From a virus (taxonomy: Duplodnaviria; Caudoviricetes), in IMG/VR virus record IMGVR_UViG_3300007754_000852: a DNA stretch of 64,000 nt, one strand, 5' to 3'. Shown one piece after another: positions 58,201 through 64,000 of the stretch. The notes beneath the pieces were generated by a model. It made no database searches, was not told the DNA's origin, and was given only the letters and a program-made list of their open reading frames with translations. The translations under genes were made by a program, and so were the position numbers. The stretch's first letter is position 1. Each line of letters starts with the position of its first letter.

Positions 58201-59707
58201 TTGAAGGCGTGTTGAATACGCTATTTGCATCAGCCTGGGTAAAATACTGACTACTTAGACTCAGTGATGTACTTACTGCGGGATCCCATCCACTAAACTC
58301 TATCTTGCCTAAACTTTTGTGGGCCTCATATCTAACTTTTGACTTTGTTCCACCATAGCCTGCGACTGTTGTTGCATGAGAAGGCATCGTTCTTGTGTCA
58401 TTCCACAGATTAAGACTAGAATGTAAAATGCTAGCCCTAAGATCAGCAAATAGCTGCATAACAAGAACAGTCTTTGTAGATGTGCTCCAAAAATCATGTG
58501 AATATTTAAGTGTTTCAAGAAAAAAGGAATAAAGAGCCTTAGTGTTTTGAGCAATGCTAACGCCAAATCCATCGTATCTATCAAAATGACTAACAAGATC
58601 AGTGCTATTAGAGATCTGTCTATATTTGTTAGAATTTCTCTTTACGTTTAATGATAGAGATATTTCCTCAAGTGCCAAAAAAATTTCGAGATATTGATTT
58701 AACTCCTCACTTGTCGTATCTCTAACAGAAGGTAGCCTGTTAGCCTCGTCAAATACAGAATTTTGAACATCTTGTGGCGCTGCTGCGGTCACCCTCAGAG
58801 GTTCGCCGCCCGTGGAGCTTGGCCAAACTCCAAAAAAATTATGAAAAATTTCATTAATTGAGTTATTTCTTGCCTGCTTTAGGATATTTTGAAGATCTAT
58901 TAGCTTTCCTGCTGAGGAGAGATGACTTCCTTCATATCTGTGTGCCGTCTTCCACGGCGGCATGAATTCAAACGACCCTAGGATGACAGGCGTGCTATAG
59001 CTAATTCCTGCAGTTGGTAAAAATCCCTGCCTTGGTGGATCTGTTGTCACCTCTGTGTCACCACCGGGAGCAGTCTCGTGAGATACCGTCTGTATATTTT
59101 GAGGAACATTAGAACCAATAGTTGCACCGCCAAGGGCACTAAATATATTTCCTATGCCAGAGTAGGTTCCCTCTGCACCTGCATTAGACTGCTGTGGCTG
59201 CTCAGTTATCGCACCGGGACCTTCAGCTATTGAAGCTCCGACGGATGGACCGCTTAAAAGCAAACCAGTGCCTGCATTGTTTAAAAGAGATGCTCCTGCC
59301 CCTTGCGTCATTGCAGAAAACTCTATATTTCCACCGCCTTCAGTCATGGCGGCGTGCACAGTGGCCCCTATTCCTCCTGTAGACAATTCTTCTGTTATTA
59401 TATTTCCACCGCCTTCAGTCATGGCGGCGTGCACAGTGGCCCCTATTCCAGAAAAGCCGCCGCCTGTAGATTCTGACTGATTGTCCTGTTGCAACTGTTG
59501 CGAAAGATTAAAGATGTTTGAGTTAGTCTGTGATGTAGACGTAGATGAAGTCTGCGATGTAGAAGAAGATGCTGACTGATTGCCCAGGGGGCCGTTAAGT
59601 ATTTCTGTGTTTGTCTGCGTTGTAGATGTGCTAGTCGTAGACGTAGTAGTTGACGAGCTCTGCTGGTGTATGTTCATGTTTCCAAATGGTCCTGGAAGTG
59701 GTGGCAT
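55229..59707 (-). CDS. Hypothetical very large protein with low-complexity N-terminus (1492 aa)
   Basis: Long ORF coupled to neighbours; S/T/Q/G-rich first ~220 aa. Confidence 0.75.
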   Translation of the reverse strand: MPPLPGPFGNMNIHQQSSSTTTSTTSTSTTQTNTEILNGPLGNQSASSSTSQTSSTSTSQTNSNIFNLSQQLQQDNQSESTGGGFSGIGATVHAAMTEGGGNIITEELSTGGIGATVHAAMTEGGGNIEFSAMTQGAGASLLNNAGTGLLLSGPSVGASIAEGPGAITEQPQQSNAGAEGTYSGIGNIFSALGGATIGSNVPQNIQTVSHETAPGGDTEVTTDPPRQGFLPTAGISYSTPVILGSFEFMPPWKTAHRYEGSHLSSAGKLIDLQNILKQARNNSINEIFHNFFGVWPSSTGGEPLRVTAAAPQDVQNSVFDEANRLPSVRDTTSEELNQYLEIFLALEEISLSLNVKRNSNKYRQISNSTDLVSHFDRYDGFGVSIAQNTKALYSFFLETLKYSHDFWSTSTKTVLVMQLFADLRASILHSSLNLWNDTRTMPSHATTVAGYGGTKSKVRYEAHKSLGKIEFSGWDPAVSTSLSLSSQYFTQADANSVFNTPSTVTWINKASANLHYATRDYYLRLALSHGTVRSKSAQLGHLISPGSAGRVSSLVAAQKMSDVFDTIFGPIGGPESSQILNADRNSSSIFTAISPNVDVATPDPPGITRQMPLLSHDRQSLMPGVSQRFMGGKDWFVDSQLTSDDGERLSPARFTGYVDDISDKIDTLQEMILPVITAGHIANTTFFKKIIQRLKYFIEDKGELTVDRGQGLTESKLYQIGSLWMFMLANDNTYLFQLILKMIMYRKEYQQYSSSNRPATLVSKYNQAKQDLAESIWSHYSDREVNYDNKMIMTTTDAKRVGRTYLSRGLVSILAAPGERDNLYVLDADAPSGQRSLEGMIGTGTSSFKIWDMPLEAARKFQIEAEQDANVNLGSSDDPGTQKSDSKNFNTVTGDLGVGYYGRVAVAMKVMMEMLCDSLFVNFSSSTADVNASVGNDGGGGQGHQAYTYQAASFGYNFLNAIAFSEALDAWSDAGKTGDYSSQLKDSLRNRLDGEQLRVEPTSFSSDMASLRDDQVQEAISDALRVFSNMSDIKINLFNEDVHIFNILHYLQKIKDVLNTTSTSVQNSLNHSSGPYANTLTNLNTESGRFLCQNLTRDQLSLSGALYHSLLSPSREYPAFPAGKTIHSKQVLNMLSWMTQDVFSPDAIQVGGRPRIMTVGLPAGLLEYLRDASESQTGDSYYGDATTIKIVVHRQNLVSDSENPGPLVYYFDTANHIVEGIEGQDDMISLAPSDPSPYGTASMLNDANIRSFHILNKHDEVETKVLTPNPVDLGKYGTSTNLKDHIRNNHLSDHYLKIYLKTVMGIDIYEDVFQHDTASTLRSGPDSVSLGTSVAKEAIVANTSQTYEKAMTSALQNLSQFTVKTTEEAIEFSRLSSEIARSLPFSKQKYANRVLQAKKFDRVFCLLVHEQNPSFMSGDANDQTPTGVPVMMAEGAIRPITNQSNTSGDTSSSSNFGNTGSDSSEMWGVDDPSYYNFFVTVELAQKPLSLHR
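59324..59449. repeat. Perfect 51-bp direct repeat x2, period 75 bp, in frame (GIGATVHAAMTEGGGNI)
   Basis: Identical copies at 59324-59374 and 59399-59449. Confidence 0.95.
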
Positions 59708-59709
59708 GT

Positions 59710-62280
59710 CTATCTCTCAATCCTTACTGTTATCGGAGTTGATGTCGCTATGTCTCCAACTCTTCCATCTAACATCACAGGTCTCACCTCATAGTGAACA
59801 GTTCCCTCATATCCCTTCATGTCTCTATCAATAAATACATATGAACCGTTGTTATTTACGTTATGACAAGCTCCTGCGATAAATCTACCGTCAGGTCTCA
59901 CTGACACGACAATAAAGCAGTCTATCATGTTGCTATTTCCACTAACAGACCACTCAACTAACACACCTTTCTGTCCCACCTGTGTGGCCATCGGTGAACT
60001 AACAACAGAAATCCCTCCAGACAGATCGACATCAATCTCAAAAAAGTCACCGGTCGAATCCTTTTCAAATCTATCTTGTGCTGTCGACTCACTAAGAGCT
60101 GATCCGTATGCCAAGGTTCCTCTCTTGAATGAGATCCTGCTATAGAACTTACCAGAAAAGTTGGGATCAATCTCCTCATCTGATGACATAGATAGCCTGG
60201 CTGCTGGATTATCTATCTCTGACTGCGTCATCTCTGATTCAGAAAGTGATGACTTTATCTCCTCAATTAGCTCAAGAGGTGACCTCATTAATGCCGTTGC
60301 TCGATACGTGTATTTTCTACCAGAGGAAGGACCTATCTCTGCATCGTTATCAGTTACATTTCCTCCGAGAAATACGCCTAAGTTAACTGTCTCACCTGAC
60401 GTCTGATCAAACCTCTCTACATTAAACACGATAACATTCTTGAGGCTATCTTTGATCTTCTCTACGTCATCTTGAAAGAGATCTGACAGTCCTGCACTTT
60501 GAATTGCCTCTACGAGAAAGTCTGTTGCAGAGTCAATTTGCTGACCTGAGACGGTAAACGAAACACTATGGCTAGCTGATCCATTATCCTGCGATGTTGT
60601 TACGTCTGTTATACCAACAGTTGCTAGCCCAGTGGGTCTTGTGTATTTTTGAGTTCTTGATGATGATGAGAGCTGTTCAATCCCATTTCGATATCTAAGC
60701 ATGCAGCGATACTCATATGTTCGATCTGCTTTGACAAGATTGTCACTCATAGAAATTCTATCTGAGGTATTAAACACACCAGGCGTATTTCCCAAGCCTT
60801 TCTCTAAGAGAAGGTCACGCTGATAGATGCTTTCATATGTTCTTTGATTGACTGTCAGGTCTCTTCTCATTATCTCAATCGATGAAACTGTCTCAGGAAT
60901 GTCCCTTACAGACACAAAGATGCTATCGTTAGTGCATGTCGTATATATCGTACAGTGATATCTTAAAAATCTTCCTCTTGATATTGATCTTGAGGAAAAA
61001 TTTCCTAAAATCATACCGTCTGGTAGCTTCTGAACTGCCCTGTAGACAGACATACCTGACCTGTTTCCCTTTCCGGACACCTGTGTAGACGTATATACAG
61101 AAGGATGAAGAGGTCTTTCATCGTCAGATGAAATCGTTAATTTAGCAACGTATCCGCTATCAAGAAGGGATCCTGTCTCACTTATATTTCTCACAAATAA
61201 CATCATACCGCTTGCATTCACATCATTAACTGCAATCTTTACAACATCGCTTCCGTTTTCAGATGTTGATGATCTTAGAACTGGATCAGATTCAGTTATA
61301 GTAAAGTCTAGTGAATGCTGTTTAGGCTGTAGCTCAAACTCCTTTGTTTCAAGCGTGATGTTCTTGCTATTTATCATATCAACTGAAACATTTAATAGTG
61401 CAGAGGAGTTTATCTGCCAGCTTGACAGAGAAAACTTGATATTTAGATCCTTTATTCTTTTATTAGATACCGTTAAGATCGGTATCTCATGATCGCTTGC
61501 ATAGTCAGCAGCGCTATTTCTATTTGAGTGACTTCCTTCAAGACTTGTGATCATCGCTGTTCGAAGCTGGTCAATATAGTATCTTCCCGTTGAGGATCTT
61601 GTAACGCGAGATGTTCCTTCCATTGAATTTTCAATCGTAGATATTCTAGCCTTTTTATTTAAGGATGACCCTGGATCAACTCCTGCATTTAGCATCATCT
61701 TAAAGCTTCTAGAAAAAGATTGATCCTTAACAAGACTAAGATTGTCTAGGTTTAAAGAGTGACCAGAACCGTTTATCCTTTCCTCTACGCCGTTACTTAG
61801 GACCCTTTGTATGGCGGGATAGTTGCTCGAATTTAACAATGATGACGGTGTTCTAAGAGATGATGATCTCTTCGTTCCAAACGCCTCCTCGTCACTAAAC
61901 ATGTGAAGGTTTCCAGCGACAGAATTGCTCACAATTGTTGTAAGATCAACATTCTTCCTTAGAAGAACATCCTTATCACTATTTGTTAATATCTCTTTCT
62001 TTGTGTCTGATGATGAATTAAGAACAGCATCGATGACAGCCGACGTGTCCTGGCCGTCGACACCGTCAAACATTCCGGCTGCTGTCTCTGTCTTGTTATT
62101 TTTAATCGACATCCTTGCCGTTGTGATTCCACCCTGTATTATGTTTCTTGCATCAACCTTAAACGTCACAACATAGTTAAAAAATTGAATATCGTTCTCA
62201 TCCGAGCTGATTGATTCAATTTCAGCCCTGCCTGTGTCATTTTTAACAAAAAAGCTTGATGCTACATCCTTGATAATCAT
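59710..62280 (-). CDS. Hypothetical large protein, probably structural, Ig/FN3-like segments (856 aa)
   Basis: Long ORF; YEYRCMLRY, YTYRATAL, VHYEVRPV FN3-like strands. Confidence 0.55.
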   Translation of the reverse strand: MIIKDVASSFFVKNDTGRAEIESISSDENDIQFFNYVVTFKVDARNIIQGGITTARMSIKNNKTETAAGMFDGVDGQDTSAVIDAVLNSSSDTKKEILTNSDKDVLLRKNVDLTTIVSNSVAGNLHMFSDEEAFGTKRSSSLRTPSSLLNSSNYPAIQRVLSNGVEERINGSGHSLNLDNLSLVKDQSFSRSFKMMLNAGVDPGSSLNKKARISTIENSMEGTSRVTRSSTGRYYIDQLRTAMITSLEGSHSNRNSAADYASDHEIPILTVSNKRIKDLNIKFSLSSWQINSSALLNVSVDMINSKNITLETKEFELQPKQHSLDFTITESDPVLRSSTSENGSDVVKIAVNDVNASGMMLFVRNISETGSLLDSGYVAKLTISSDDERPLHPSVYTSTQVSGKGNRSGMSVYRAVQKLPDGMILGNFSSRSISRGRFLRYHCTIYTTCTNDSIFVSVRDIPETVSSIEIMRRDLTVNQRTYESIYQRDLLLEKGLGNTPGVFNTSDRISMSDNLVKADRTYEYRCMLRYRNGIEQLSSSSRTQKYTRPTGLATVGITDVTTSQDNGSASHSVSFTVSGQQIDSATDFLVEAIQSAGLSDLFQDDVEKIKDSLKNVIVFNVERFDQTSGETVNLGVFLGGNVTDNDAEIGPSSGRKYTYRATALMRSPLELIEEIKSSLSESEMTQSEIDNPAARLSMSSDEEIDPNFSGKFYSRISFKRGTLAYGSALSESTAQDRFEKDSTGDFFEIDVDLSGGISVVSSPMATQVGQKGVLVEWSVSGNSNMIDCFIVVSVRPDGRFIAGACHNVNNNGSYVFIDRDMKGYEGTVHYEVRPVMLDGRVGDIATSTPITVRIER

Positions 62281-63398
62281 CAGTCAATCACCATCGTAAA
62301 GATATTCACAAACGTTGGTATCCTTGCTGTGTTAAGAAATACCTTTCCAATAAAAAATACACGCTTATTAGACCTAAATCCTGGAAACGGAGTCCTTGCT
62401 ATGTTAAATTCACCAAAGTCGATCACGTCTAGCTTTGTAAACTTGCTTCCTGCAACCTCAAACATCTGCATGACAATGTTATTTTGATCTGACGTCTTTT
62501 CAAACACGATATCTTTTCTCTCTCGAGAAGATGCTTCAGTTGTTAGTGAGACAGAAAGATTCTCCATGGCAACATCTTGCATCAGCTGTTTATGATATTG
62601 TAATCCTGATCCGCCTGTAGATCCTTCTGTCTCATTAGACATTTCATTTATAGCCGTTTCTTGATCTATCACACTAGTCTCTGACTTCTCTAGTTCCATC
62701 ATCAGATCGAAATACGACATGTCATCAGCCTGATTTAAATTCTCAAACCTCCCAAGCCTTCTAGAGTCAAACGGACCTGAGCCCGGCACAACAGGCGGAA
62801 GAAACTTAAATTGATCAAGATGTGACAACCTCTTGTCTAAAAAAAACGGTTCAATGGTGTCGACATCTGCCTCAGTTACGTCACCTGATGAGAAAGGCCT
62901 TGAGTTGTCAATTGTGAAGCTTAGCCTCTCTGTATTAAGCTTTAGCTTCTTATCTAACTCAAATGTTGCCCTAGACCCTATTGAGTATAGATCGTCAAAG
63001 TGATCTGCAGACGAGCTAACAATTCCTGCAGACAGGCTTGCAAAGTCACCCTTTCCACCTGACACGAACAGATAATCAGCTAGATTCTCACCTGTGGACG
63101 ACTTATCAAACACGCTGTCTCCCACGAGAGATGTATGAGAGTCGATCTCATAACCAAGTAGATCACCACTATCATCAGTCTCAAATGTTATCATGTCCTG
63201 ATGCTGATTGGTTGCCTCAAAATAGATCCTCTGGGTCGCATCGGCTGATCCACTTGCTATGTCAGGCCTATAGAATGTTGATGAGTCAGTAAATGATGCG
63301 AACTCTATTCTCATCTTACCGCTTGCCATTTGACGTCGACCTATCTCAGTCACAAGAACATCCATTATTCTAGACTTATTATCTAAGATTCCTGCCAT
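62280..63398 (-). CDS. Putative virion protein (372 aa)
   Basis: MAGILDNKSRIMDVLVTEIGRRQMA start resembles the 53102 gene N-terminus; GAGG SD. Confidence 0.7.
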   Translation of the reverse strand: MAGILDNKSRIMDVLVTEIGRRQMASGKMRIEFASFTDSSTFYRPDIASGSADATQRIYFEATNQHQDMITFETDDSGDLLGYEIDSHTSLVGDSVFDKSSTGENLADYLFVSGGKGDFASLSAGIVSSSADHFDDLYSIGSRATFELDKKLKLNTERLSFTIDNSRPFSSGDVTEADVDTIEPFFLDKRLSHLDQFKFLPPVVPGSGPFDSRRLGRFENLNQADDMSYFDLMMELEKSETSVIDQETAINEMSNETEGSTGGSGLQYHKQLMQDVAMENLSVSLTTEASSRERKDIVFEKTSDQNNIVMQMFEVAGSKFTKLDVIDFGEFNIARTPFPGFRSNKRVFFIGKVFLNTARIPTFVNIFTMVID

Positions 63399-63429
63399 CT
63401 GACCCTCGTAATGATAACTATCCCCCTTA

Positions 63430-63999
63430 TTAAATTAGAGCGACATATTCCTCTTCTACATCCATCTCTTTAGACCTATTTCTAAACATACCGTCATAGT
63501 AAGGAACAGATGATGTGCACTCAAAGCTAAGATTAGAACACTGTGTATCACCAGGAATAACGGTCTCTGCTGATGACTCCTTGACAAAATCAACCTTGAC
63601 GACAGCTGGCTGGAGGCCTGGTGATTGCTCTGACTCCTCATCTTCTGATGCTGTTTCCATGATGTAGAACTTACCATCTTGACGTTGCTCAAGCATATCT
63701 CTAAACTGTCCGTATCTATTCCATCTAAAAACCGCACTTGAAAACTGCGGATCTATATTTTGTATTCCATAGCTAAAGCCTCTTGCTGAACCTGATATTC
63801 CACTATCTACGTCTGTCATTGGTGTTACAGCCTGTTGATCATTAAAGTCTGTTAAAACACTTCCCTTTCCTGTTTCAAATAGCATTCTCTTGGCAGCTAT
63901 GGCATTGATAAAAAGTCCTGTCGTAATATTAATAATATTCTCACCAGCAAGAAAAATTCCCTGTAACTCTGCCGCTGCGGATGGAGGTTGTTCTGGTGA
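63430..63999 (-). CDS. 3' end of a larger gene running off the right edge (probably structural)
   Basis: Frame is open from 63999 through the annotated ATG at 63885 to the stop at 63430; ends GFSYGI...YGQFRDMLEQR...CTSSVPYYDG. Confidence 0.7.
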   Translation of the reverse strand, partial: SPEQPPSAAAELQGIFLAGENIINITTGLFINAIAAKRMLFETGKGSVLTDFNDQQAVTPMTDVDSGISGSARGFSYGIQNIDPQFSSAVFRWNRYGQFRDMLEQRQDGKFYIMETASEDEESEQSPGLQPAVVKVDFVKESSAETVIPGDTQCSNLSFECTSSVPYYDGMFRNRSKEMDVEEEYVALI

Positions 64000-64000
64000 T

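Noticed and set aside
1001-63737. Numerous plus-strand and nested short ORFs in the ORF track (e.g. 3279-3935, 6241-6765, 36517-37125, 43960-44421)
   Set aside because: Antisense shadows of long minus-strand genes, with S/L/I-rich composition typical of reverse-complemented acidic coding sequence and no motifs.
1-64000. CRISPR arrays, tRNA or rRNA genes
   Set aside because: No regularly spaced repeat-spacer series, cloverleaf/T-loop signature or rRNA motif was seen; the repeats found are intragenic and in frame.
1-64000. Stop-codon reassignment (alternative genetic code)
   Set aside because: Conserved genes are full length under code 11 and end in TAA, TAG and TGA with tight gene packing.

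Overview
This window is the virion-morphogenesis core of a large myovirus (jumbo-phage-like dsDNA bacteriophage, standard genetic code). Nearly every credible gene is on the minus strand. In transcription order (right to left) it carries: large putative baseplate/fibre proteins; RuvC-like resolvase, DnaG-like primase and a fused SbcD-SbcC nuclease; large terminase; a T4 gp20-like portal with three inteins; a gp21-like prohead protease with one intein; scaffold; gp23-like major capsid protein; a small accessory island; gp13/14/15-like neck and tail-terminator genes; two tandem tail sheath genes; tail tube; a chaperone pair with a likely programmed frameshift; tape measure; LysM/gpX-like and hub-like baseplate genes; and a compact family A DNA polymerase. 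The strongest unexplained signal is a highly structured non-coding region of about 670-700 nt (26949-27647, minus strand). It has its own sigma70-like promoter and terminator and sits just downstream of the capsid gene, behind a nuclease-less zinc-finger protein. Other oddities are a host lysA C-terminal fragment, a gene that seems to need an ATC start, a recurring ATANTTA motif upstream of late genes, a shared N-terminal leader in five small head-region proteins, and [ST][GA]S enrichment in virion proteins. All family assignments come from motif recognition by eye; no searches were run.
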